A DNA stretch of 64,000 bases from Eledone cirrhosa. Lineage: Eukaryota. Position 1 is the first letter of the stretch, and each line of letters opens with the position of its first letter. The stretch covers positions 28,024,001 to 28,088,000 of the forward strand of contig OZ024753.1 of NCBI GenBank assembly GCA_964016885.1. The letters run 5' to 3'. The notes under the pieces were generated by a model. That model was given only the letters and a program-made list of their open reading frames with translations. It did not search any database and was not told where the DNA came from. A program made the translations under genes and the position numbers. Below are positions 40,847 through 54,725 of the stretch, in pieces.

Positions 40847-41302
40847 GATAGCTAGACATACTGAGAGGTGGGATAGCTGGACATACTGTCAAATAGATAT
40901 ACTGACAGGTGGGAAAGCTGGACATATTGTCAAATAGACATACTGATAGGTGGGCTAGCTGGACATACTGTCAAATAGACATACTGGCAGGTTCGATAGC
41001 TGGACATACTGTCAAATAGACATACTGGCAGGTTCGATAGCTGGACATACTGTCAAATAGACATACTGGCAGGTTCGATAGCTGGACATACTGTCAAATA
41101 GACATACTGGCAGGTGCGATAGCTGGACATACTGTCAAATAGACATACTGGCAGGTGCGATAGCTGGACATACTGTCAAATAGACATACTGGCAGGTGCG
41201 ATAGCTGGACATACTGTCAAATAGACATACTGGCAGGTGCGATAGCTGGACATACTGTCAAATAGACACACTGATAGATGCGATAGCTGGACATACTGGC
41301 AG
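40847..41302. repeat. 41-bp minisatellite, ~11 copies
   Basis: Unit GATAGCTGGACATACTGTCAAATAGACATACTGGCAGGTGC; period 41. Confidence 0.95.
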
Positions 41303-42248
41303 ATGTGAAAGCTACATATACAGTCAGTAAATAAATGCTCTCACACATGAACATGTGTGTAGTGGTGAAATAGAAAAGCGAAATATATTTTTTATTTCTG
41401 ATCAGCTGTGACACTGTGAGCATGAGAGAGAGGGAGAGAGAAAGATCAAGGGAAAAGCAAGGACACAAAGAGAAAAAGGGTAAGAGAGAGTGTGTGTGAG
41501 TAAAAGAGAGAGAGAGAATGGGGGTAACAGAGAGAGAGAGAGAGAATAACAATTAATGCGTTAATGTGAACATCAGTTACAGTGTGTGTGCTTGTGTATG
41601 CATTTATGTGAGTAATTTTTTTTTTAATCGACGGAGGGAAAGAGTAAACAAGTTTCATAGTGTTTTGACAGCTCTTGTATAGTACACATACATACACACA
41701 CTCAATACTAAACAGACTCACACACACACATACACTATACTGAACAGATTCACACAGAAATACGATAGTTTGAGCTTATACTTGTAGATTCACACTGTCG
41801 TGGAAATAGACGTATATATACACTGTTGCTTTCATACTTTCTTGTAGATACTCTGCCGAAATTTACAGATTCACGCACTCACACGTAATCTTTTTATTTC
41901 ACACATTATACAACATACAACTTTGAACGTACACACCTACACACTCACTATTCTGGACTCAACTTTCCAATCCACTTACACGTATAAGCACGCTAGCCAG
42001 GATACACCACGTATAGAGAGGAAAACAGAAAAGCGAAAAAAAAAAGAGAGAATGTGTGTGAAAGAGAAAGCAAAAAACTATCGACCAAAAGACTGAGGAA
42101 GGGAGATATAGACGGGACAAGTCCGGAGAGAGAGAATCAACGGACACCGTTACTACTTTAATAAATATTAACAATAATAACACCCTAGCCTATGTATTGT
42201 TGGTAGTGGTGAAGAGTTTTCAAGTGAGCTTCTCTCCAACGGACAATT

Positions 42249-42424
42249 ATGTCGATTGAGGACCACAGCAATGAACAGGTGGAGAGAGGATTTCAGAGTT
42301 TAGCTCATATATTTCAACCTGTAATCCAGGAAAGGAGTAAATGTTTCCGATGTGATAATATTGTCTACCAGTACGAGAGAGCCGGACCTATACATGATGT
42401 TATCTTTCATAAGCAATGCTTCAG
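42249..42424 (+). CDS. Hillarin-like LIM-domain protein, coding exon 1 (MSIEDH...CFRCDNIVYQYERAGPIHDVIFHKQCFR)
   Basis: In-frame TGA at 42225 upstream of the ATG; first half of a LIM domain (CxxC...HxxC); donor gtaagt. Confidence 0.87.
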
Positions 42425-43022
42425 GTAAGTTTCAAGTGTAGTGAAGTGAAATGAGGTGACGTTATAGTTGTTTGATTCCGTGACCAGCAAACCTATATGA
42501 AATGTATTCCAGCTTTAACCATTTTTTTTTTTTTTAAGAATATTTTAAATAACATTATTTAACGTGCCTTTTCTTAATATAGAGCAGTAGTGTGTGATTT
42601 AAGGAAGATTTTGATGATATTTTAGACTTATTTCATGGTCGAGTCACCACATTAACCTATGAGGTGTTGTGGAGTGAAAGTTTTATTTCATATATTGGTT
42701 GGCGAAATAAATGAGTAACAATTGTGTAGGCAAAAGAAAAGTTTTTGCGTTAAAATATAATGTAAATTTGAACTACCAAGTTCAATCAAGTATCTCTCAG
42801 GATTTTTTTTAGATTCTTCAACCTTTTTATATTTATTGATGTGATATCTATAGCCACTGACTTCGGTCGTTTTTCTTGGTGTCACACGTTAAATTTTGTG
42901 TTGAATCTGGACGATAATGTATTAACATCTTGCTCTATCGAGTGCTTTATGATTGTCTCAAACAATTCGATTGGTACCTGCCATATTGCGGCTCTAACTT
43001 CGATTTATTCTCTCTCTCTCTC

Positions 43023-43060
<38 letters not shown>

Positions 43061-43101
43061 CGAAACATAAGTCAATTGCATGAACTCATAATCCTTTATT
43101 T

Positions 43102-43157
43102 ACTGCTATGTATATTTCGATGATAGCCATTGAATGGCTATGACCTCGTCAGGCAGT
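43102..43157 (-). ncRNA. Minimal type I hammerhead ribozyme, intact core
   Basis: ACTGC-CTGACGA-GGTCATAGCCAT(TCA)ATGGCTATCATC-GAAA-TATACA-TA-GCAGT, followed by AATAAA. Confidence 0.8.
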
Positions 43158-43559
43158 TAGTTCTTAGATATGCCAGCTCTGTGTTTATAGTGTTGATGGT
43201 ATCAGAGCCTTGGGACTATGTATGGTTGACCGTGTATTTAATTAATTTCCCCGTGCTGTTGAAATTTGGATAAATATTCTATAGCGGTTGCACCCGAAGA
43301 TGCCACAATGGTGTATTTATTCACTGTTTCTTCATAGATGCCTTTTATTCTTATAGACTGGTCTAATTGATTTTTTTGTGTGGGTAATTATGCTAATTGG
43401 GAGTAGAGATGATGTATATATATCAAATATTCTCTGGACATGCTTTACTCTATAGTATTTCGCTCTGATTAATTTATTAATTCTCCATTGAGCCACATCG
43501 TGAAAAGTTGCAAAAACACATATATACCTGTGACTTTGTTTAATTGGTGTATGTGTAAA

Positions 43560-43597
<38 letters not shown>

Positions 43598-44050
43598 CAA
43601 ATTTATATATATATATGTTAGGAAGGGCATCCAGCTGTAGAAAACCCGCCAGACAGTCCACGCTGTAATGTGGCCGTGTAGGCAACACGGTAAAAACCTC
43701 CCAGCCCCACACTGTAAATGTGGTTGGTGTTAGGAAGGGCATCCAACTGTAGAAAACCCGCCAGACAGTCCTATGCGAGCAAGACAACCACTCTTGCCTC
43801 AAGTGGGAAACATCCCCGTCCAAACCCATGCAAGCGTGGAACACGGACACTAAACCTGATGATGATGATGATGATATATATACATACAAATTTTTATATA
43901 TATATATATATATATACATACAAATTTATATATATATATATATACATACAAATTTTTATATATATATATATATATGCATACAAATTTATATATATATATA
44001 TATATATATATGATGATGATGATGATGATATATACATACAAATTTATATA

Positions 44051-44359
44051 TGGCACATGGCTTAATGGTTAGAGCATTGGCCTTGCAATTGAAAGGTTGT
44101 GAGTTCAATTCTCAGACTGGGTGATGTGTTGTTTCCTTGAGCAAGATACTTTATTTCACATTGCTCCAGTTTACTCAGCTGTAGAAATGAAATGATAGAG
44201 ACTGGGGTTCCTATCATTCCACTGCAAAGTGGTCGTGGAGGTGCCACGGCAAAAAAGCACTCACTGTAAAGGAAGGGCATCCAGCTGTAGAAATCAAGCC
44301 AGAATCAGTTCCCGTCCCACCCTTGCAAGCAGGGAAAAGTGGACGTGAAATGATGATGA
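44051..44359 (+). mobile_element. SINE family A
   Basis: tRNA head, CORE-like centre, RTE-matching tail. Confidence 0.85.
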
Positions 44360-44694
44360 TAGATATATATATATATATACATACAAATTTATATATATAC
44401 ACATATAAATATATATATATACACATATAAATATATATATACACAAATGTATATATATACATACAAATATATATATAAATAAATATATATATATACACAT
44501 ATAAATATATATATATACATACAAATTATATATAAATAAATATATATACACATATATATATATACATACAAATTTATATATATATAAATATATATATATA
44601 GGTAAGTTATTCCGGGTTGAATCGGAGGTAACCACAGTAAGTAAGGTACTCAATACATTGCAGAGTATAAAAGTTTTAATAAAGACCAAAATAA

Positions 44695-45050
44695 TCGATC
44701 TCCCTTCACTTCGAGAATACCTCATGTTATTATTTACTCTCTTTAATGAAGAAAATGATCTTTCACAGGAAGAAGATATGGCAGGTATGGTCAGAATCGT
44801 TGTTGGCCAAATGTTTTCAGAGCAGTTATGGAATTCAGAGTCCTGAGATTGTTCAAATTCAGAGTCCTCAAATTGTTCAAATTGCAGTAGCTGGTAGTTA
44901 TCCATGAGTTCTGATGTTGACAAAATAACAGACATGGGAAACAGAACAATTTCTTCCAAGTGGGACATCCTGGCATACACTCATACTGTTCATAATACTT
45001 GGCATCAAAATAACAATAACATTCTTTGCTGCCCACTTTAGTTTTCATTT
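44695..45050 (-). pseudogene. hAT transposase remnant (C-terminal dimerisation domain)
   Basis: Encodes [26 protein letters not shown]...SEGR. Confidence 0.8.
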
Positions 45051-46874
45051 TCAGTTAAAGCTTTGGCTTCTATCTTCCGAGAATGATAATATTATTCTTC
45101 TCTTCAAAGACTCTGGTTGCATAGGGTCGGGAAAGTAAAGGGGAAACTGAACTGGCACTGGGTTACAAATTTTTTTAATGAACTGAAGCTTTATTCTAAC
45201 AAAAAATGTAGGTGCTAGTTTACTTTTTTATATAACTTTTTTTTTATAATTTAACACATTGGAATGGATAAACGAATGAAAACTTTATATTTTTAATCAC
45301 AAAAAATAAATTTTGATGGTGGCTCTTTTTCACTTCAAGTGTGATCCGGTCAAGAAGAAAATTCTGGGTAGTGGTCATATAAGAGAATCCAGGTCTGTTC
45401 CATATATACTCTTGAGTACCAAATAATCATGAAATAAATTAGAATCATCAATAAAACAAACGTGCAAATTGACTAAAATACCCATTTTTCATCTACATCT
45501 TTCCAAAAGCTTTAAGTCTTTTGAATATACAAGTCTTTGATCTCGTATATGTTGGTGGGTTGCCAGTATTGGTAGAATGTCGGACAACATGCTTATTGTC
45601 ATAGAATTACATCCCTTTTTCTTCTGCGTTCGAATCCCACCGAAGTCAACTTTGCTTTTCATCCTTACAGGGTCATAAAATAAAGTACTAGTCTAGTACT
45701 GGGGTCGATATAATCGATTAGTGCCTTGTATGTCCTATTACATGTGCAAGCAAAACCTTTAGCGGCATCCCACTAGACAACCAACATACATACTTTTGAT
45801 CTCATCCACACAGGGCAATAAAAACATCAGTGTTTCAAGAAAAAAATATATTGGAAAGCAATCAACAAATAGATTGCTTTTCATTTCTCTTTTTCCCCTC
45901 CTTCTTTTTCATACTCCCTTCTCAATAAGGAAAAAACTAACTCCAATGCCTTTTCTTACTATAATGGAAAGACAAGCAGAGAAATGTTTGCTTCACTCTC
46001 TTTACCTTACTCCCATTCATTTGGTTTTACTTTCATACTCCCTTCTCAATGGGAAAAGAAAATGCAAGCAAATAATTCATTGCTAAGCAAACAGAAGCTT
46101 TGTCTACTTTCCAGGGATAATGTCAAAAAATAAACCTCATTTGGTCATTCCATGAGAGTATCTTGGTCAGCCTATGACCTTTTCAGCTAACACTCATACA
46201 TATTTATGTAGTCTCAGTCACTTCTATTCTGTAGAAAGCTATTTAGGGGAGAAGCCAATGCGAGTGAATTTGCTAATTTCTGCCATATGAATAAGGACAA
46301 GCTCATTTTCATGGTCTTATTCATTGCCAAACAGATTGTTCATGTTTCGTTATATGTAAATCCATACTTACAATCGCCTTCTCATGCATGAGATTAAACA
46401 GGGTGTACTTTTACATAAGTAAATCTATAGAGATGTGCTTACATTAGAAAATTATGGCATATGAATTTAGTGTGTAGTTTTTTTCACAAATGGTCTAGGT
46501 ACAGGTGAATATGTGGAAATGAAAAGAGGGTATATTATTAGGAGTATTACTTTTATCTGCCTGGATACTGCTTCACAAATATCAAGCTCTTATTACCAAG
46601 GCAAAACTTGTGTGTGTGTATATATATATATATAATATAATTCAAAAGTGAAAGATATATGTGTATATAGAGAGAAAGAAAGGACCATATATCCAAGAGT
46701 ATACATAATATAATATACAAAGCACATATTTCTCATCTGGGACGTCACAGTCAGTGATTTTATTTGCTCCCTCCCTCATTATGGATGCCATGGTATATGT
46801 GGGGGTCACTGCTTCTCTGCTGAATGGAATAAAATTCAGAAATACCTAGATTTATCTAATAATTATTCTTTCTA

Positions 46875-47045
46875 GCCTGCGGTGTTCGAGATGTTTGGTG
46901 GAGTTGGGCCACTGACAGTGGAGCTCTTATCATCACTGGCAGTTTGCCTTACTGAGGTGTCAGGTGAAACCTGTAAGGGTGCCTGGTTGTTTCAGTGCCT
47001 TAGCCATGCCACCACTCATGGTAATGTTGCAAGCATATGGCTTAT
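46875..47045 (+). mobile_element. CRE-like (RLE endonuclease) non-LTR element C-terminal remnant
   Basis: Encodes EMFGGVGP...SGE...AWLFQCLSHATTHGNVASI, resembling the FQRLSxAIQRGNAASI terminus. Confidence 0.6.
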
Positions 47046-48344
47046 CTCGAAATATTCCGTTGACCCTTGTGGTGTGATGTGTGGCCAACTGTCGCACTTG
47101 GTGATGAATTGATGGTCGTTTTCATTTTCGTTTTTGCTTCGTTCATATACAACCTTTCCTCGCAAGGAAAACGAATGTTAAATGATGACGATGATTTCTA
47201 GACACATATGCTCAGATACACATACATAATGAAAAGGACATTTGTAAAATAAGTCATTCCTAATTTCTTGAATTCAACTATTACACAATCATTCGTCACG
47301 TAAACCTGCTCTACGGCAATTATTCCTGATATCTCGGCTATTGTGTGGTAAGCAATTCCCACATGTTTACTATACACCCCTCATTCCCACCCCAATAACT
47401 TGTGAATATATTTAACTTTATCTGGTAGATCCGTAGTTAACAATTTCTGACAGCTCTTTGTCAACATTTCCTAATCCCCCTGCGCAATAAAATGAAGGAT
47501 ATTTTATATATATATATGTTAAAAATGTTATATTTATGTGCTGGGGGGAAATGCTTCATAATAAGAGAGAGAAAGATCTTAGCTAATGGTGTGGCCACCT
47601 CCATATTATATGGTGGGTTATACCATATAATGCGTCGGGATCTATTTTTCCTAGGTCTATTCTCGTACTCTGTATATGCTACCTTATCGACAAATCCACT
47701 CCGAGCAAGAGCTTCATTTATATATATATATATGTGTGTGTGTGTGTATATATATATATATAGTAATGATTTCTACATTTAGGCACAAGGCCAACAAATT
47801 TGGGGGAGGGGAAATTCAATTAAATCAACCACTGTGTGTTACTGGTACTTTATTTTATTGACCCCGTAAAGATGAAAGATAATAATGAAATGAAGCTATT
47901 GCGAATCTTTTGAATAGGACCAATACAGCTTCAGTCGTTTTCTCACTCACTCAATAATTTAATTAAGTCAGTATCATTAAGACACCAACCCAAGAAAATT
48001 AAGTGGACACTTGTACGTTAATTAGTGAGAAAATTGATTTCGTATTGGTTAAAAATTTGATTTTCCAGCCCCAAACCAATGCATTAGTTTTTTGTTAATT
48101 GTGAAGTAATTGTATTTTTAGTTGCACCAATCGAAACATGTCAAAAATATATGTTGTTAATTTGATATATATCTTCGGTTAATCATTCTCTTCTCTAACC
48201 TTATATATATATATATATGTAGGAGGTGAGTTTTATTGTAGTACAATAAAGCAATGCAGATATCGGATAAGAAGCACTCTACAGTTTGTAGGACTGGAGT
48301 ATACATAATATATAAGATCAAAAGATGGTTAAAAGAGTTCCATG

Positions 48345-48415
48345 TATTTTATTATGCGCATTTCAAAAACAAATATCATCATGTAATAATATTTGTGTTT
48401 TCATCAGATAAAATA
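48345..48415 (-). ncRNA. Minimal type I hammerhead ribozyme with palindromic helix III (TGCGCA)
   Basis: TATTTTAT-CTGATGA-16-bp helix II-GAAA-TGCGCA-TA-ATAAAATA; helix I is a perfect 8 bp. Confidence 0.8.
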
Positions 48416-48541
48416 GGAAGACATGATATGAAGGTCAAAAAACACTTGTGAATAGTGCAGCTTTAAATCAACATATCATGATATGTTGATTTAAAGCTGC
48501 ACTATTCACAAGTGTTTTTTTACCTTCATATCATGTCTTCC

Positions 48542-48612
48542 TATTTTATCTGATGAAAACACAAATATTATTACATGATGATATTTGTTTTTGAAATCCG
48601 CATAATAAAATA
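48542..48612 (+). ncRNA. Mirror hammerhead ribozyme (helix III TCCGCA)
   Basis: Right arm of a spacerless palindrome centred at 48478/48479. Confidence 0.75.
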
Positions 48613-50746
48613 CATGGAACTCTTTTAACCATCTTTTGATCTTATATATTATATATATATATATATATAAAAATCAGGATGGAATCCATTTGAAACTGGG
48701 TAACCATTATGCAACAGAGTACTTGATACTTGAGATAGTAGAGTATAGTTATATTATATGAGTCTGGAACTATATTTTAATCAAACCTATATATATATAT
48801 ATATATATATATATCAACAGTCGATCAACTTTCGCCAAATCAGACCGAGGAAACAATGTTTCCATTGGTCTTTCCAATTGCTAATACTATCTATCTGTTG
48901 CAACTCCAGGTAGAAGGAGCAACATGAAATAAAGTGTCTTGTTCAAGGACTTAATGCATCACCCGGTCTGGGAATTGAACTCACAACCTCACAGTTGCGA
49001 ATACAATTCTCTAACCACTCAACCATGCGCCTTCACTATATAATCATCATTATTTAATGTCCAAGGGAGGTGGATTGGCAGTATCGGTAGAGGGCCGGAC
49101 GTCATGCTTTGCAGCAAAGAGTTACAGCTCTTTATGATCTGAGTTCAAATCCCGCCGAGGTTAACTTTGCCTTTCATCCTTACGGGGTCGATAAAATAAA
49201 GTACCAGTAATGCATTGGGATAATTGCTGGCTTTGTGTCAAAAGTATAAACAATTATTTAATGTCCATTTTCCCTGTTAGCTAGGGTTGGGTGGGTTATC
49301 ATAGATTAAGTCAGTTCTCAATCAAAGTTGCTGATCTCTCAGATGAGCTAGAAACATGTCACTGTACTTTACAGATCATAGTAGATGCTTTTTATTATGG
49401 CATCAGCACTAGGGAAGTTGTCATGTCTCTAATTCAAATGAAGTGTCTTCTTGACTCTTTTTCTCTATGTAAGTTTTCTGCGATTGAATGCTCTTCCTAT
49501 CACATTTGTGTCTTTGTCTGTGTCCTGTAACTTAGCTATTCAACAAAATTTTTGATAAAATACATACTGCAGTTGATATGATTAGCTAAATCTTTTAAAT
49601 GTTGTGCCCCAACATGGCTGCAATCTATTGACTGAAACGAAAGAATGATAGAATACTGTAAACCAGGGATCCCTAACATTTTTAGACCATTGACCTCCTT
49701 TATGGAATCCTTAATCCTTCATCAATTCCAGGCATGTTATTGGCTTTGGCTGTCAATTTCTTTTGTTTGTATTTGTAACCCATAGATAAGTTTATATTAG
49801 TTTAAGTATAGATTTTTGTTTTGTTTTTATTTTTAGTACATGTATAATGGTTATAGTTAGGTTTAGGGTTGGGAAAACATCTAAAATGTTCCAATATAAA
49901 ATAAAATAAATGAATTGTTATGACTATGGAGAGAGTTATAGGAAGTGTAAACTTGAAACAAATCAATATATGTTGACGTGTGTTTTGACAAGATATGTTG
50001 TGTATAGTTTCATTTGCATGTATCTAAAAGCTCTCACTTTCAATTATATTTTTAACCCTTTAGCATTTACATTACACTATATTTACTATTATATGTTGAT
50101 AAGGACCTGTCCAGCCCATGCAAGCTTGGAAAAAAACAGACATAAAAATGATAATGATGATGAGGATTATATATATTTATATTTCATCATAGCAAGGGCT
50201 GGACTATATATACATATATATAAAGAGAGAGAGAGAGAGTTAGTTCCACAACAAATTAGCAAACCCTACTTGAGGACACGCATTTCACCCAACGGATTCT
50301 CAACTCGAGTTAGGTTGCATGCACAACCTAACTCTATACTGAACACACCCTATGGAGTGAGTGCTCTACTTACTATGGATATAACCTCCCAGTTTTTACC
50401 ACTATATATATATATATATATATATATAAATGTTTCACCTTATGCGGATCCTCAGCTTGAACTCAGGATCCACATAATGTGAAACATTTGTTCTCGGTAT
50501 GGTGAACTAACTGTTGTGGAACTACTTCTACCAAAGTCGTCCCATCGACTACTACGGATATAACCCTCCAATGTTCTACTATTATATATATATATATATA
50601 TATATATATCACCAGTCTGAGGAGCAGGTGGATACTGGAGTCGGGTCCATAACTCCTATGGGTCACCTTGAGCCAATCCCCTGCGAAAGGTACGGATACG
50701 CAATAAATATTTTTCATATGTAAATGAAAAGTCTTGTTTTTTCTAT

Positions 50747-50885
<139 letters not shown>

Positions 50886-51203
50886 ATACACACACATATA
50901 TGTGTGTGTATAATACACACACACATAGAAAATGACAAAACTATAATTATCAATGAGTTGAAATACCTCCTAAAACCATTTGAATGACATTTAGTGTCCC
51001 CAAATGTCTATTATCTACTGTATCTAGTGTTAGCCTCACAAATATTGTGCTGCTTTTAAAATAAAAGTTATTAGTAATTTAGATAGTTTCTAGGCCAAGG
51101 TTTATTTGTGTTAGATATAGTAGAATAATAATGAGAAGCAGAATAATTTCAGATATATCAGCATGATTATTGTATAATGATAAATATATATATATATATA
51201 TAT

Positions 51204-51598
51204 GGAAAGTTATATTTAAATTGTTGGGTTACAACTAGTAAATATTTATAACTGATATAAAAGCACTCAACAAGTATTTGGAGTATATTTACGATATTAA
51301 ATAAATGGAAACTATATTTATAAAACCATATTTATTTCATTATATATATTTCAGGGATATCATATTAACAATATGTTATGCCTTCTTCAGACAAAATACA
51401 ATATAGACAGTTTTATAGATAAATAGATTTGACATACCGTTCAACATCGACTTGTATGTCAAATCTATTTATCTATGAAACTGTCTATATTGTATTTTGT
51501 CTGAAGAAGGCATAACATATTGTTAATATGATATCCCTGAAATATATATAATGAAATAAATATGATTTTATAAATATAGTTTCCATTTATTTAATATC

Positions 51599-51601
<3 letters not shown>
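51204..51601. mobile_element. Penelope-like pLTR palindrome with hammerheads at 51333-51398(-) and 51493-51558(+)
   Basis: Homolog of 888-1272 in the opposite orientation; core CTGAAGA in both arms. Confidence 0.75.
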
Positions 51602-51633
<32 letters not shown>

Positions 51634-53363
51634 GTGTGTGTGTGTGTGTATGCATATATATGTATATGACTTAAATTCATCATCATCACACGTCCATTCT
51701 TCCACACTAGCATGGGTTAAACGGGTTGTCCTGTTGTGGGTAATGTTAGGTCGGGTGACCTTGTCTTGCTCATATGGGAACTGATTCTGGCTTGATTTCT
51801 ACAGCTGGATGCTCTTCCTAACACCAACCTCATTTACAGTGAGTGCTGGGTGCTTTTTTCCCATGGCCCCTACACGTCCACTTTACAATGTAGACTGGGT
51901 GCTTTTTTGTCGTGACACCTCCACGACCACTTTGCAGTGGGAGGGGATAGGGGCATAATGTCTATATGCTTCGGCCTGTTCCCGTGGGAAGTCGGGTCTT
52001 CTGTATTACTGCGTGACACCAGAGGTCATGGTTCTGTGTCATCGCCGTTGAGAGGTGCAATTAGGCAAGGTCCGCTTTTATCACCTCGTCCCAGGTCTTT
52101 TGGGGTCTCCCCACTCCACAGCTTCCATCAACTTTTAGTGCTCTGCATCACATGTCCATACCAACGCATCCTCCTCTCGTGCACACAGCATTTGATTCCT
52201 AATTGTTGATAAATATTAAAATATTGACTCTCTCTCTCTCATACTACCTATTTCACGTTGTAGCATACATGTGACAATTTTCTTTATACATCAAACAACA
52301 TTATACATGACAAAAAAAAGTACATTACTAGAAATTCCATATCTTATAAAAATCAATGGAGACAACCTCGAAAAGTTACCTATTTTTCACCTCACCCTCG
52401 CTTATTCCAACCCCTCTATTATTTGGGACTGTAATAATGTCATTTTCCCTCTCTTTACCGTTATGAATAAGTTTAATATCATCATATCCAAATAATCTAT
52501 ATTCATCACTAGCATCTTTGCTACCCTCTAGAACTCCTTCCTTTTCAATCTCATTTCACCTATTAATTGAATTTATAAGTATTATATTCCAACCTATTAC
52601 CTTAGTTATTTGAATCACCACAAACATTAGTGCTGGTCATATTCTTTTAACCCTTTAGCATTTACATTACTTTATATTTACTATTATATATACTATTGTA
52701 TTATCACGGTAAATACTTTATTTCACGTAATTATCTCACATAATATCGAATCTATGAGATTTTGATATTATTTATTTTGAGAACAATACCATAAGGTCAA
52801 TGTGAGTAGCCAGTTACAGTGGGTTTGCACAGAAAGATTTGAGAGAAATCTGGCTAGATACAGCCGGTTTAAATGCTTATACTGGGTCAAAGATTTTCTT
52901 CATTGGTTTCTTGTCATTGGCACTAATGTATACCTCTTACTAACTTGAAGAGACCAGATATATTTCACTATCTTTTCACTTATCTAACTCCACAAATATC
53001 CATGTGACTAGTGAAATACAATAGTCAATATAGAGTAATGTATATGCTAAAGAATTAAAAGGTTCCTATCTAAATTAACATCCTCCAACCTTATTTTGTA
53101 TAAGAACCATTTGTTAAGTTATGTTATACATACTATGTTACTAGTTAAATAGTTAATAACTCTAGTAAATTCCTCAAAGTTCTTCATTAATTAAGTACTA
53201 CAATAGGAGTAGTAGTAGTAGTTCCATGTGAAATAAGTTCCCAATGATTTTCCTACTCAAAGAACCAGTATAAACCCATCTTTTCCGAAACACCTGGATA
53301 GGATCAAGACGTGTTTATCTAACCACATCAAGTCTCGAACTGTGATGATCTGTCCAATCCATT

Positions 53364-53580
53364 GCAGATGTGTGATGGTGATGATGGTGATGATGATAAT
53401 GATGACGGTGATGGTGATGGGGATGATGATGGTGATGATGTTGCTGATAATGATGATGATGGTGGTGGTGGTGATAATGGTGATGATAATGGTGGTGATG
53501 ATAATGATGATGATGGTGGTGATCATGATGATGGTGGTGGTGATGATAATGATGATGATGATGGTAATGGTGATGATGTC
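53364..53580. repeat. (GAT/GGT)n tract
   Basis: Visible directly. Confidence 0.9.
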
Positions 53581-53885
53581 TTTCATTAGAAATATAGTAA
53601 TGAAAGGGTTAACAAGCACTGAAATACCAGCAGTCTGACAGTTTCACAAAACATCACATCTACTCAGGCTGAGACATCTTTTGTGTGTGTCCCCCCCCCC
53701 CCTCAACAAATACAGGCTTGTTAAATACAACTGCAATTGTTCCTATCACAAATGACCAACGCTGCTTTCCTTCATCATTCTTTCTTCCCTTCTTTCCTCT
53801 TTCTTTCTAGATTTTTTTAATCATTTTAATTTTTTTTTTTCGTTTGTTCAATTTTTAAGTCTTTTGCTTTTGTTTTAGTGTTTGT

Positions 53886-54575
53886 ATACACAGACATACA
53901 CACACTCACATAGATAGACACACATACACACTCACATAGATAGACACATATACACACATGCACAGACATATACACTCACATAGATAGACACACATACACA
54001 CATAGACACATACACACATGCACAGACATATACACATAGACACACATACACACATGCACAGACATACACACACTCACACAGATAGACACACATGCACACA
54101 TGCACAGACATACACACACTCACACAGATAGACACACATGCACACACACACATACACACATACACACACATGCACAGACATATACACACTCATACAGATA
54201 GATACACATGCACACATACACTCATATACACACATGCACAGACATACACACACTCACACAAATAGACACACATGCGTACACACATACGCACACACACACA
54301 CATGCACAGACACATACACACTCACAGATAAACACACACTGTCTGTGTATGTGTGTCTGTGCCTCTGTGTGTGTGTGTATATATATATATCTGTACAGGT
54401 GTGTGTATGTGTGTGTCTGTGTGAGTGGGTGTATGTCTGTGTGAGTGTGTGTATGTCTGTGCCTATGTGTGTCTGTGCCTGTGTGTGTATATATATCTGT
54501 GCAGGTGTGTGTGTGTGTGTGTGTCTGTGTGAGTGTATATATGTCTGTGCATGTATGTACATGTTTATATGAGTG
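53886..54575. repeat. CA-rich then TG-rich compound microsatellite
   Basis: Strand composition switches near 54339. Confidence 0.9.
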
Positions 54576-54725
54576 TATTTATATATGATAACAAAGGAGT
54601 TGACAGAAGATTATGTTAGTATGGTTGACTGTAGTTTTACTGTTGTAGAAATAGTTTCACTTCTTAACCCTTTAGCAATCACATTACTCTATATATACTA
54701 TTATATTTTCATGGTAAAGGCTTTA

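Noticed and set aside
53257-53638. Asp/Gly-rich or Met-rich reflectin-like or biomineral ORFs
   Set aside because: A simple (GAT/GGT)n tract inside an intron; no reflectin motif or splice support.
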